Below the pieces are notes generated by a model, which was given only the letters and a program-made list of their open reading frames with translations, made no database searches and had not been told where the DNA came from. From assembly GCA_036770365.1 (NCBI GenBank), contig DAIPJH010000006.1:64904-128903 (forward strand): DNA of 64,000 nt. Direction: 5' to 3'. The stretch is from Rickettsiales bacterium (GTDB lineage: Bacteria > Pseudomonadota > Alphaproteobacteria > Rickettsiales > UBA998). The position numbers and the translations under genes were made by a program. Shown piece by piece: positions 9,178 to 19,352 of the stretch. Within the stretch, counting starts at the first letter, position 1. The number at the start of each line of letters is the position of its first letter.

Positions 9178-11958
9178 ATGCGCACACAAATACTTTCTGA
9201 ACTTTCACAACGAGTCGGTGAAACACAACATGTACTGAGTACACTTTTGGCTGGTGGAAAATATGACCCCGCACAACATCCCTTACTCAAAAAACAACTT
9301 GGTTTTATGCATGATGATGGCTATGTACTGGCCGAGCCAAGCGCGTACGAACAAAAAAATAATGGCAAAGACATTGTCACGCGTCAAAACCCAATGCGCC
9401 ATACGCAACGTAACAACCGCAATCGTTTACTAGCAAAACTTGATGACAAAGACATCCAGTTTGTACATATTTTGGGTTCACAGGTACGCCAACGTACCAT
9501 TTCAGGTGAATCTATTCCTGAATATGCTAAGGTCTATATCTGCCCCAAAGCAGATATGTATGCGATGCGTGAAATGACAAGCATCATCAAAGCAAAACTT
9601 GATGCCTTACAATCAGGTGATACCGAAAACCCCATCATCAAAAAACCCCTGATCATTGTCAACCAAGACGTCAACGACCCTAAAGAAACCGCAAAATATT
9701 ATGATGCACTACTCGGCAACCTCAATATCAAAGGAGATATCAGAGACGAGCTGAACATCGTTACTGTGGATACCGTAAATGCGGCGGTCAGCCATGCCGA
9801 ACACGCCTTGTATGTCTTGCGCGATCTCGACACCCCTCCTCGCCCGAAACTTGATCCTGCACTCAAACCAGGAGATACGATTTTTATCCATACTACCACG
9901 GTAGAAAAACTACGTGATTACCAAGAAATTTTTCGTGAGCGTGGCATTACTGTACGGATGCTTTCTGCATTAGAGAGAATCGCAGAAAGTCCTGCGGAAC
10001 ATAGCCATAGTTTTGAAGGTAATGCCGAAGAAAAATTACGCGCTGCACAGAAAATGATTGCAGAGATCCCTGACGAAGTATTCACAACCAAATTTGGACT
10101 AAAACGTTCTCAGGTACATGTCATGGTTGATGATTCTGGCTTTTATATGAATGAACCACGCCTGCTAGATCATATGAACCTTGAAGATATGGGGGGGATC
10201 ATCAACAAGGATGAATGGAAACGCGATAAGATTCCCTTTCCCGGAGTCGAGCTTGGGCCACTGATGAATGCCTCTAACGGTCTTAAGAATTTTATGGATC
10301 GCATCATACAAGCGTTAGATGACATTGATGCACAATATAATGTTCCAGCAGATCGCAGCATGACCGACGTTTCTTGTTTAGCGATTTCCGCCGCCCCTGA
10401 TTATGATCCCTCCGTCAAAGACATCCCACTCGCAGAGTATAGGCCTAAAGTGATGGATTTTATGATGTACGCCAACAAAGATTTAAACTTCAAAGCACGC
10501 ACCGAAAAAAATCTACGATCAAGTGGCATTGACCCACGCCTTGTGGAATCCAAAGATTATCAAATGCCCGCGTATGATAACCCCAAAAATAAGACCATGG
10601 GTGAATTTGAAGCCGAAGACCCTTCATGGCGCGTGCGCAACCACGTGCGAGCCTTGGCCTCACGCGCCTTAATGAGCGAGCTTGGATTACCTGAGCGTAG
10701 TAAACACCCAGAACTTTACAAAGATTTCGACAATCAACGCCGCCAAACAGATACTCGCACTTTCACCATTTCCTTACAGGGCGCAAAACACGATAAGCTT
10801 GCTCATGCACTGATACAACAAGGTGTAGCGAGTCCACAACGTGATGAAGCGCATCCCTTACAAACTCTTTCAGAGATGGAAGACGTCATTAAAACAGCAG
10901 ATGGGTTTGTTTTATTACCACATAATGACAACAACGACCTTGCTGAGAAATGCGAAAAGGCTTTTCGCTTTTGGTCACTGCTTGTAGCTCGTCAAACTGA
11001 TCCTCGTGATAACGACAAACCTATTGTCATCTATAACCCTCATCATGAGTGGGATAAACATCTTGAAGAATACAAAGAACTCCACGCATTAGGCGCGGTG
11101 AAAGAGAAACCTGAATTAATGTTCAAAGTCATCAATGGCAAAGGTGAACATGGCATTAAGGAAATAACAACTTACCTCAAACAGCAACGTGAACAGCGCG
11201 ACCCTCCCATTAACTACGCAAATCACGGCGAAGATAACATCACCCCCAAAAACGACGTGAATCGTTTCAATGTGGCGATTTTTTGTTCTGCCAATTCCGA
11301 AAAAGAATCCTATCAAGCCGATGTTTATAACCTCTCTTATAATCTTTGTAAGGATGGGTTTGGCGTTGTGTATGGCGGTGGCAGTCGCTATATGATCGGT
11401 AAGATTGCAGATGGCGCGCAAGCCGCACAAAATGACGGTTTTGATGCATCCATCACAGGTTCTAGTATGGATCACCTTGTAATTCGTGAAGGTGTTCGTC
11501 CTAATATATTAAAAGAACAAGATTCGTATCACAGTGCGAAACATATCTATCAACGTATGGAATACATGATAGCATCCTCCGATGCGTTTGTGATTGCTCC
11601 GGGGGGCATCGGCACGTTACAAGAACTCTATGCACTCATGTTACTTCAAGCACAACATGCCAAAAATATGACTGGCAAAGAAATAGTGATCGTCAACAAA
11701 CAAGATGAGCATGGGCATGGTTTCTATGACCCGATCCTTGCGAATATCTCTCTTGAAGAACGTAAACAACTTGGCATCACTGTGGTTTCGACCGTGGAAG
11801 AAGCTAAAAACAAGGTAGATGAATTCCGCATACGCAGCGACAAGAATAAAAGCATCGAACATGCCACATCGCTACCGCCAGAAAATTCAAATTTTGTAGA
11901 CAGATTCACGCAGGAAAAGCTCGAAAAAGCACAAAAAACAGCTACAAGAGGCACATAA
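9178..11958 (+). CDS. Multidomain protein: HAM1/ITPase-like domain plus LOG/SLOG-like domains
   Basis: SFEGNAEEKLRAA, VDDSGF and FPGV (HAM1-like); VYGGG and YQRM..DAFVIAPGGIGTLQE (LOG family); 926 aa. Confidence 0.75.
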   Translation: MRTQILSELSQRVGETQHVLSTLLAGGKYDPAQHPLLKKQLGFMHDDGYVLAEPSAYEQKNNGKDIVTRQNPMRHTQRNNRNRLLAKLDDKDIQFVHILGSQVRQRTISGESIPEYAKVYICPKADMYAMREMTSIIKAKLDALQSGDTENPIIKKPLIIVNQDVNDPKETAKYYDALLGNLNIKGDIRDELNIVTVDTVNAAVSHAEHALYVLRDLDTPPRPKLDPALKPGDTIFIHTTTVEKLRDYQEIFRERGITVRMLSALERIAESPAEHSHSFEGNAEEKLRAAQKMIAEIPDEVFTTKFGLKRSQVHVMVDDSGFYMNEPRLLDHMNLEDMGGIINKDEWKRDKIPFPGVELGPLMNASNGLKNFMDRIIQALDDIDAQYNVPADRSMTDVSCLAISAAPDYDPSVKDIPLAEYRPKVMDFMMYANKDLNFKARTEKNLRSSGIDPRLVESKDYQMPAYDNPKNKTMGEFEAEDPSWRVRNHVRALASRALMSELGLPERSKHPELYKDFDNQRRQTDTRTFTISLQGAKHDKLAHALIQQGVASPQRDEAHPLQTLSEMEDVIKTADGFVLLPHNDNNDLAEKCEKAFRFWSLLVARQTDPRDNDKPIVIYNPHHEWDKHLEEYKELHALGAVKEKPELMFKVINGKGEHGIKEITTYLKQQREQRDPPINYANHGEDNITPKNDVNRFNVAIFCSANSEKESYQADVYNLSYNLCKDGFGVVYGGGSRYMIGKIADGAQAAQNDGFDASITGSSMDHLVIREGVRPNILKEQDSYHSAKHIYQRMEYMIASSDAFVIAPGGIGTLQELYALMLLQAQHAKNMTGKEIVIVNKQDEHGHGFYDPILANISLEERKQLGITVVSTVEEAKNKVDEFRIRSDKNKSIEHATSLPPENSNFVDRFTQEKLEKAQKTATRGT

Positions 11959-12033
11959 CTCTATTCCTTTTGACATCCTAAATCAAAAGGAGTACCACAC
12001 ACTCGAAAAATAAAAGTTGAGAGTGATCGCCTT

Positions 12034-14001
12034 ATGTCGCTACGTCAAATCAAGCATTTCCTGCTTGGGAAACCCCTGAACCCTTTTAAAAAAGAAACCA
12101 GACAACATATCGCTTTAGCGACATTTTTTGCATGGATAGGGCTTGGTGCTGACGGTATTTCATCCTCTGCATATGGACCTGAAGAAGCATTTCACGCGCT
12201 TGGTATGCATAATGACATGGCGATCTTTCTTGCGCTAGCGACGGGATTGACCGTTTTTTTGATCGCCCTTGCTTATTTACAAGTGATCATGCTGTTTCCT
12301 AACGGTGGCGGTGGTTATAAAGTTGCCTCTAAACTGCTCGGCGCAAAAGCAGGACTTGTCTCTGGCTCTGCTTTAATTGTGGATTATATTCTAACTATTG
12401 CCATTTCGATTGCATCGGCAATTGATTCTTTTTTCTCCGTGACACCGATTTCATGGCAACCCTATAAAATCTTTGCTGAATTATTTTTGATTGGTGTCCT
12501 GACCTACATGAATTTGCGGGGCGTAAAAGAATCCATCAAAATACTCATGCCCATCTTTTTAGGGTTCATCTTTGTCTATAGTTTCTTGATCATCTATGGA
12601 ATCGCCTTCCATTCTGAAGGTTTGACCGAACTCCTTCCGAATGCAGTGCATGAAGCGACTACCTCCGCACAATCTATTGGCTGGCTTGCAGTAATTGCCC
12701 TGTTCTTCAAAGCATTTTCACTTGGAGGCGGGACATATACAGGACTAGAAGCTGTCTCCAACAGCGTTCAGAGCCTTGCTGAACCTCGGGTGCGTACAGG
12801 TCGCAACACGATGCTTTGCGTCGCCGCTTCCCTCGCTTTTATGGCGGCAGGGATTATCATGATCTACCTGTTATGGGATGTAGAGCGTATTCCAGGCCAA
12901 ACCATGAACGCTACCGTATTTTCAAAAATCACGGCAGGTTGGGTCATTGCAGACGTCAATATTTCTGAGATGGTCGTTGCTATTGCCATGTTACTTACCG
13001 CTGGGCTATTATTCGTCGCTGGAAATACGGGCTTTATCGCAGGTCCAGCCGTTCTCGCAAATATGGCCCTTGATCGCTGGATGCCACATTTCTTTTCTGC
13101 TCTTTCTAGCCGCTTGGTCACCAAAAACGGAGTAATGTTGATGGGGATGGCGGCGGTGGTCGCACTCATCATTACGGGTGGTCGCGTTGATATGCTGGTG
13201 GTTTTATACTCCATCAACGTATTCCTTACCTTTACCCTTTCGATGGCAGGTGTTACGCGCTACCGTTGGCAACGACGCAGACAAAAAGGTGAACTCAAAC
13301 ATATCATTCTACCTGCTATATCCACCATTATTTGCGCGGGCATCTTATGCACCACCTTATTTGAAAAATTCCTGTTTGGAGGTTGGATGACATGCGTTAT
13401 CACAGGACTTTTCATCATCATCGGCTATTTGATCCACGACCACTATAATACGGTGAAGCAGAAAATCGACCGTACGGAAGGAGATCTTGATAGTGCTATG
13501 GAAAGCTTGGGACGCACTTCTGATGTCGTCAACGAACTTGATCCGAAAAAATCAACCGCGGTCTTTTTGGTTAGCGGCAGCAACGCAAGCGGCATGCATT
13601 GCTTCTTGTGGGTTCAACGTCTGTTTCCTAATGCCTTCCATAATTTTATTTTTGTATCCGTCGGTGAGATCGACACCGAAGAATTCGCAGATCATGAAAA
13701 ATGGCAGCTGTTACGCCGTGACACTAAAAAAATGTTAAAACGCTACGTTGAATTTTGCCACAACCGCGGATTAGCCGCTGAATATTATCATGATTTTGGC
13801 ACAGACGCCTTGGACAAACTCACAGATATTACCAATAAGATCTCCAAAGATTATCCTCGCTCTGTCTTTTTTGCCACCAAACTCATCTTTGAAGATGAAA
13901 GCCCAATTACGCAGTTGCTCCATAACCAAACCGCCTATATTATGCAACGACGTTTGCATAATGCTGGTCGCACAATGATCATCATGCCAATGAAGATATA
14001 A
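12034..14001 (+). CDS. APC-superfamily permease (YdaO/KimA-like) with cytosolic C-terminal domain
   Basis: GADGISSSAYGPEE, PNGGGGY and TGLEAVSN motifs; about 12 TM segments followed by a soluble tail. Confidence 0.85.
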   Translation: MSLRQIKHFLLGKPLNPFKKETRQHIALATFFAWIGLGADGISSSAYGPEEAFHALGMHNDMAIFLALATGLTVFLIALAYLQVIMLFPNGGGGYKVASKLLGAKAGLVSGSALIVDYILTIAISIASAIDSFFSVTPISWQPYKIFAELFLIGVLTYMNLRGVKESIKILMPIFLGFIFVYSFLIIYGIAFHSEGLTELLPNAVHEATTSAQSIGWLAVIALFFKAFSLGGGTYTGLEAVSNSVQSLAEPRVRTGRNTMLCVAASLAFMAAGIIMIYLLWDVERIPGQTMNATVFSKITAGWVIADVNISEMVVAIAMLLTAGLLFVAGNTGFIAGPAVLANMALDRWMPHFFSALSSRLVTKNGVMLMGMAAVVALIITGGRVDMLVVLYSINVFLTFTLSMAGVTRYRWQRRRQKGELKHIILPAISTIICAGILCTTLFEKFLFGGWMTCVITGLFIIIGYLIHDHYNTVKQKIDRTEGDLDSAMESLGRTSDVVNELDPKKSTAVFLVSGSNASGMHCFLWVQRLFPNAFHNFIFVSVGEIDTEEFADHEKWQLLRRDTKKMLKRYVEFCHNRGLAAEYYHDFGTDALDKLTDITNKISKDYPRSVFFATKLIFEDESPITQLLHNQTAYIMQRRLHNAGRTMIIMPMKI

Positions 14002-14041
14002 TGATATAACACTTTATACCGCGCTTTCGAGAAGGAACAAG

Positions 14042-14548
14042 TTGATGGCATATCTTCTAAGACTTTCTTGTTATTTATTGGTAATGATCATCGCCCTACC
14101 TTCTTACAGCTTTGAGCGACTACAAGCTCCTGTACCGTCTTTAAATGCGACTCCTGCTCCCCTAGTGAAACGCAGCGTTTTCATCCATAAACACAATGGT
14201 GAACTTATAAAACGCTCCCTTGAGATGGCAGATACACCAGAAAGCGCAGAAGCTGGCTTGATGTTTCGCCGCGAACTTGAAGCAGATGGGGGCATGGTCT
14301 TCAATTTTTCCAACTGTTCGCACCACGCTATGTGGATGAAAAACACTTATATTCCGCTCGATATGATTTTTGTGGGTTGTGACGGTACTATCACGCATAT
14401 TATTTCCAACGTCACGCCGCTCAGTGAAAAAATCATCACACCTCAAGAAAAATCCGCGGCAGTGATTGAACTTCATGCAGGAGAGAGCGCAAAGCTTGGT
14501 CTTGCGGTGGGTGACAAGGTTGAGATTCAACAGAGGATCATGCCATGA
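14042..14548 (+). CDS. DUF192 domain protein (exported)
   Basis: EMADTP..GLMFR..GGMVF..MWMKNTYIPLDMIFV..VIELHAG..GDKV. Confidence 0.88.
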   Translation: MMAYLLRLSCYLLVMIIALPSYSFERLQAPVPSLNATPAPLVKRSVFIHKHNGELIKRSLEMADTPESAEAGLMFRRELEADGGMVFNFSNCSHHAMWMKNTYIPLDMIFVGCDGTITHIISNVTPLSEKIITPQEKSAAVIELHAGESAKLGLAVGDKVEIQQRIMP

Positions 14549-15228
14549 GACACCTCCTTATACTCTGTCTCATAATACTATCTATCACCTCAGCCCATGC
14601 AAATGACATCATGCCTAATACTGACGGCACAGGGCAACTTATCTTTAGTCGTGACAAACTTGTGATTTATGCCACTGGCTCTATCCCCGTCGTCATGCCA
14701 GACATAGAAGCACCCAAGGATAAAGACCCTAAAAAAGATCTCAATGTTGGAGATAAAGACCCTAAAACGGGGCAAACCATCATCTTTAAAAAAGAAAGCA
14801 AAGAGACGCCTGCGCCTGATAATAAAACAGACAAAACTAAAATTGTTTATAGCAGCGAACCACGTGAAGTGAGTTTTTCTACTGAAGTACGCGATGAATC
14901 CGCATTTCAACTTGAATGGCTACCCAGTTTACATAATCTAACAAATAATTCTGCCTATTTGGTTCTACAACCTGTCGGTAATATGATTCACATCGGTGCG
15001 CTGCGCACCCCTGTTAAACTCGACATCGTCATTATCCGCCCTAATGGACGTGTACTTGCCATCATGCCTGATATTTCTCCTTCCAGCCTAGGAAATGATA
15101 TTGATGCTGGAGAAGATGTCCGTGGCATTCTCTTCCTAAAAGCAGGCATGGCGCAACTTCATGGTATACGCCCGAATGATGAAGTGCGTCATCATGGCTT
15201 CAACCTCGACCCGAAGGTATTAAAGTAA
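14545..15228 (+). CDS. Divergent DUF192-like exported protein
   Basis: Signal peptide; LDIVIIRPNGRV..ILFLKAG.AQLHGIRPNDEV resembles the DUF192 C-terminus; overlaps the stop of the upstream gene. Confidence 0.55.
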   Translation: MRHLLILCLIILSITSAHANDIMPNTDGTGQLIFSRDKLVIYATGSIPVVMPDIEAPKDKDPKKDLNVGDKDPKTGQTIIFKKESKETPAPDNKTDKTKIVYSSEPREVSFSTEVRDESAFQLEWLPSLHNLTNNSAYLVLQPVGNMIHIGALRTPVKLDIVIIRPNGRVLAIMPDISPSSLGNDIDAGEDVRGILFLKAGMAQLHGIRPNDEVRHHGFNLDPKVLK

Positions 15229-15433
15229 ACACAAGTATTTACTCTTGGAAAAAGAAAAAAAGTCAATAAAATAGGGGTGCGACCTCAAATCATATTTTAT
15301 ACCCATTGAAAATATAAGCTTTTCATACTATATCGCTAAGGTAATGACATCTATCCTCATCGCGCCTTCAATATACATACATTCTGAAGCGGCAATAGAG
15401 TGAATAGAAAAACAACTATGTAAGGAAAGCTCC

Positions 15434-16060
15434 ATGCCGATCGCCAACCCAAAACTTGTTACTCAAACAATTACACGCCCAAGCCGCGAACAGGCGATGG
15501 AGGCCGTGCGTACATTGATTGCTTGGGCAGGTGATGATATCACCCGCGAAGGATTGCTAGAGACCCCCAAGCGCGTGGTGGAAGCATACCGTGAATTTTT
15601 CCAAGGTTATGATGAAGACCCTGAAGCTGTCTTATCAAAAACCTTTGAAGAAGTAGAAGACTACGATGAGATGGTACTGCTGAAAAATATGCGCTTGGAG
15701 TCACACTGCGAACATCACATGGTAGCAATTATTGGTAAGGCGCATATTGCTTACGTTCCCAACAAGCGCGTTGTCGGCATCAGCAAGATCGCTCGTTTGG
15801 TGGATGTCTATGCCAAACGCCTGCAAACGCAAGAAACCTTAACTGCGCAGATTGCGGATACGCTGCAACGTGTACTTGAACCAAAAGGTGTCGCGGTTGT
15901 TATTGACGCCGCGCATCAATGCATGACCACACGCGGTGTCCATAAATCAGAAACTACTACTGTCACCAGCCGCTTGCATGGAATTTTTAAATCTGACCCA
16001 CGTACTCGCGCTGAATTTATGAATCTTGTGGCGTCACCTTCGGTTGGGAATATGAGTTAG
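15434..16060 (+). CDS. folE: GTP cyclohydrolase I
   Basis: REGLLETPKRV, SHCEHH, GISKIARLV, RLQTQE and HQCMTTRG motifs. Confidence 0.97.
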   Translation: MPIANPKLVTQTITRPSREQAMEAVRTLIAWAGDDITREGLLETPKRVVEAYREFFQGYDEDPEAVLSKTFEEVEDYDEMVLLKNMRLESHCEHHMVAIIGKAHIAYVPNKRVVGISKIARLVDVYAKRLQTQETLTAQIADTLQRVLEPKGVAVVIDAAHQCMTTRGVHKSETTTVTSRLHGIFKSDPRTRAEFMNLVASPSVGNMS

Positions 16061-16070
16061 TAGTTAGGTC

Positions 16071-16185
16071 TTGGATTTTAGGTTTTAGCGCAGATTTAAC
16101 TTGTGGTTAGCCTTGGCAAAACATCCAAATCCCAAAGATTTTTACATTCTTTCAAAAAGACGCTTTCCTAAAACCCAAAATCCAA
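16071..16185. repeat. 115-bp element with 18-bp near-perfect terminal inverted repeats
   Basis: TTGGATTTTAGGTTTTAG (16071-16088) / CTAAAACCCAAAATCCAA (16168-16185), one mismatch. Confidence 0.6.
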
Positions 16186-16195
16186 AACTTAAATT

Positions 16196-16765
16196 ATGAT
16201 CATCCTCGCCTCTGCCTCCACTATACGCTCTGCCATGCTGTCTAGCGCGGGGGTGCAGCATGAAGTTTTGCCGCCCGACGGGTTTGATGAAGAAGCACTT
16301 AAAGCCTCGCTTACAGATACTCCACCCAGACAAAAAGCCGTGATGCTCGCCAAGGGTAAAGCAGCCTATATCAGTGAGCTTCGTCCAGATACACTGGTGC
16401 TTGCCGCCGATCAGATATGCGCAATGGGGAACATGATTTTTAGCAAGCCAAAAACGCCTGAACATGCCTTTGAGCAACTTTTACAACTTCGTGGCAAGAC
16501 CCATCATCAATACAGCGCAGCATGTTTTTACCACCGTGGTGTATGTATATGGGAGCATGTCGAGACCGCAAGCCTAACCATGCGCACTCTTACCGACGCA
16601 GAAATTACAGCTTATATCGCACTAGATAATCCTCTTAATTCTTGTGGCGCATACATGTTTGAGCGTCACGGTAAGCACCTTTTTTCTCACGTCGAAGGCA
16701 CTGACGATGTCATTCAGGGCTTGCCGCTTACCGCGCTGCTAGAGGCACTTTACGCGGTAAGCTAG
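16196..16765 (+). CDS. maf: Maf family nucleoside triphosphate pyrophosphatase
   Basis: IILASAS..R, LAKGKA, VLAADQI, SKP, GAY.FE and VIQGLPL motifs. Confidence 0.9.
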   Translation: MIILASASTIRSAMLSSAGVQHEVLPPDGFDEEALKASLTDTPPRQKAVMLAKGKAAYISELRPDTLVLAADQICAMGNMIFSKPKTPEHAFEQLLQLRGKTHHQYSAACFYHRGVCIWEHVETASLTMRTLTDAEITAYIALDNPLNSCGAYMFERHGKHLFSHVEGTDDVIQGLPLTALLEALYAVS

Positions 16766-16781
16766 CGTTTCTTATTCATCC

Positions 16782-17864
16782 CTAGCCAATAATATTAGCA
16801 TCAGTTAGACTGTGAACATTCTTCAAGAAAATATCTAACAACATCTGACCTTCTGTATCAGACTGACTAACATGCAACCCTTTGCTAGAGTCCACCATTA
16901 CAAATCCTGCTGATCCGCCTGCATAAGCAGAAAAATCGAGATGATCCACAAGCGTATTAAAGTCATTAATGATAGCATACGCTGCGCCATACAATGCATT
17001 TTGCACAGCAAAACTATCCGCACCATCTCCACCCGCAAGCGTGGTTGTACCTACAGTAAAATATAAAGTATCATCACCTGCACCGCCGTTCAGTGATGCT
17101 ACGCCAACGTCTTGTAAAAGTGTATCACTACCGTCACCACCGCGTAGCGTATTTGTACCACCCGCCGCCGTTAAGCTATCATTACCAAGACCGCCATCAA
17201 GGGTTGCAACACCTATGCCAGAAGTGATATTGTCATCACCCGCATCACCAAAAAAAGCATATGTACCATCTTGTCCTGAGATCGCGTCGTTATCTTCCCC
17301 GCCGCGCACGGAAGCATATATACCCGCCGCGATGGAAATAACATCTAAACCTGCCCCACCATTGATGGTATTACCCGCTTCAAATACCTCCACAGTATCA
17401 TTACCAGCTTCGCCAAAGGTTGTGCCGTTATAAGTCCCTACGTAGAAGTAATCATCTCCATCACCACCACGCACCTTGACTTCAGAGCCATAAACAAAGA
17501 ATTCATCATTTCCAGCGTCGCCATAATAAACACCGAATTCACCGCTAATATTAAAGAAATCATTCCCCGCATTGCCGTGGAACAAATTATTGTTACCTGT
17601 AACGTCAAACACATCGTCACCGTCATCACTGTAAACAGTGTCATTATTAGAAAAAGAAAAAATACGGTCATCACCTGCTTCACCGCGAACGTAGGTTGCA
17701 TCACCAAATAACCAAATAAAATCTGAACCTTCACCTGCATAAACAGAATCAGCACCATAAGAAGCATTAATGGTATCATTGCCTGCATAACCATAGATTT
17801 TTTCAATATCTAGGGTATCGTCAATTATATCTGAATTGGTCGTACCACGAATAATGCTTACCAT
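16782..17864 (-). CDS. RTX-type calcium-binding repeat protein
   Basis: Many G-x-x-G-x-D nonapeptides; C-terminal IINDFNT..DHLDF..LLDIFLKNVHSLTDANII type I secretion-like tail; RBS GGAG before ATG 17864. Confidence 0.85.
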   Translation of the reverse strand: MVSIIRGTTNSDIIDDTLDIEKIYGYAGNDTINASYGADSVYAGEGSDFIWLFGDATYVRGEAGDDRIFSFSNNDTVYSDDGDDVFDVTGNNNLFHGNAGNDFFNISGEFGVYYGDAGNDEFFVYGSEVKVRGGDGDDYFYVGTYNGTTFGEAGNDTVEVFEAGNTINGGAGLDVISIAAGIYASVRGGEDNDAISGQDGTYAFFGDAGDDNITSGIGVATLDGGLGNDSLTAAGGTNTLRGGDGSDTLLQDVGVASLNGGAGDDTLYFTVGTTTLAGGDGADSFAVQNALYGAAYAIINDFNTLVDHLDFSAYAGGSAGFVMVDSSKGLHVSQSDTEGQMLLDIFLKNVHSLTDANIIG

Positions 17865-17888
17865 AATGACTCCAAAAAACATTAAAGG

Positions 17889-17903
17889 TTAAAAATCGGT
17901 TAA
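17889..17903 (-). promoter_or_regulatory. CtrA-type site TTAA-N7-TTAAC
   Basis: Minus strand TTAA-CCGATTT-TTAA-C, 25 bp upstream of the RTX gene start. Confidence 0.5.
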
Positions 17904-18097
17904 TGTTTATATACAAAAAACCATGTTTTTCAAGAAAAATTACTCACCCCACCCATATTGCTGCACTGCATCACATTATCTTGCTAAAAAATGACTGTTT
18001 TTTTACATGTCGCAGTTGTCTTTTGAATGGTTTACGCCTATATCGATGACAGGGTTTAGACAGCCACAAAACAGAAGTATTTTTACGGAGTAAATGC

Positions 18098-19282
18098 ATG
18101 ACACAGCCACAGGATATCGTTATTGTTGACGCCGTTCGTACCGCAATTGGTGCGTTTAATGGTGGCCTAGCTACCGTCCCCGCACATAAGCTTGGCGAAA
18201 CGGTGATTCGCGCTTTGATTGAACGCACAGGTGTAAAACCTGAAGCCATTTCAGAAGTTATCTTGGGTCAAGTACTCAGCACTGCGCAAGGACAAAACCC
18301 TGCACGTCAAGCGGCCTATAACGCAGGTTTAGGCAAAGACGTTCCTGCATGGGGTATCAATCAAGTCTGTGGATCTGGACTTCGCACCGTTGCGCTTGCG
18401 GCACAGGCAGTTGCGCTCGGTGATAGCGACATTGTGATTGCGGGTGGTCAAGAAAGCATGTCACTTTCGCCGCATGCCGTGCATATGCGCGCTGGTACAA
18501 AAATGGGCAACACAACGCTGATCGACACAATGATTACGGACGGTCTATGGGATGCGTTCAATAATTATCATATGGGTACAACAGCTGAAAACGTGGCAAA
18601 AAAATATGCTATTACACGCGAGGCGCAAGATGCGCTAGCACTTGGCTCACAACAAAAATATGCAGCGGCGGCGGCGGCGGGTAAGTTCGCTGATGAAATC
18701 GTCCCTGTCACAGTAGCGGGTCGCAAGGGTGATGTAATTATTGATAAAGACGAACATCCAAAAACAGATACCACCGCGGAAAGCCTTGCTGGTCTTCGCC
18801 CTGCCTTTGATAAAGCGGGGACGGTAACAGCAGGTAATGCATCTGGCATCAATGATGGTGCGGCGGCAGTGATGGTGATGACCCGTGCCAAAGCAGAATC
18901 GTTAGGCTTAAAACCACTTGCAACGATTAAATCATGGGCGCATGCAGGCGTTGAGCCAGAGATCATGGGTATTGGCCCGGTGGCAGCTTCGACCAAAGCA
19001 CTCAAAAAAGCGGGTTGGACGGTTGCTGACCTCGACCTTATCGAAGCTAATGAAGCTTTTGCTTCACAAGCCGCTGCGGTGAATAGTGAAATGGGTTGGG
19101 ACGTGGCGAAAGTCAACGTCAACGGTGGTGCAATTGCACTCGGTCATCCGATTGGGGCCTCAGGATGCCGTGTACTCGTTACTCTGCTGCATGAAATGAA
19201 ACGCCGTGACGCGAAAAAAGGTATTGCAACGCTGTGTATTGGTGGTGGTATGGGTGTTGCACTTTGTGTGCAGCGCGACTAA
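18098..19282 (+). CDS. phaA: Acetyl-CoA acetyltransferase (thiolase)
   Basis: INQVCGSGL, NEAFA, GHPIGASG and CIGGGMG motifs; adjacent to acetoacetyl-CoA reductase. Confidence 0.93.
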   Translation: MTQPQDIVIVDAVRTAIGAFNGGLATVPAHKLGETVIRALIERTGVKPEAISEVILGQVLSTAQGQNPARQAAYNAGLGKDVPAWGINQVCGSGLRTVALAAQAVALGDSDIVIAGGQESMSLSPHAVHMRAGTKMGNTTLIDTMITDGLWDAFNNYHMGTTAENVAKKYAITREAQDALALGSQQKYAAAAAAGKFADEIVPVTVAGRKGDVIIDKDEHPKTDTTAESLAGLRPAFDKAGTVTAGNASGINDGAAAVMVMTRAKAESLGLKPLATIKSWAHAGVEPEIMGIGPVAASTKALKKAGWTVADLDLIEANEAFASQAAAVNSEMGWDVAKVNVNGGAIALGHPIGASGCRVLVTLLHEMKRRDAKKGIATLCIGGGMGVALCVQRD

Positions 19283-19352
19283 AATTCTCCATTATTCCAT
19301 CGCAAGATGGAATAATCGTAAGAACGAACAACGAAAAACGAAAGACGAAAAA

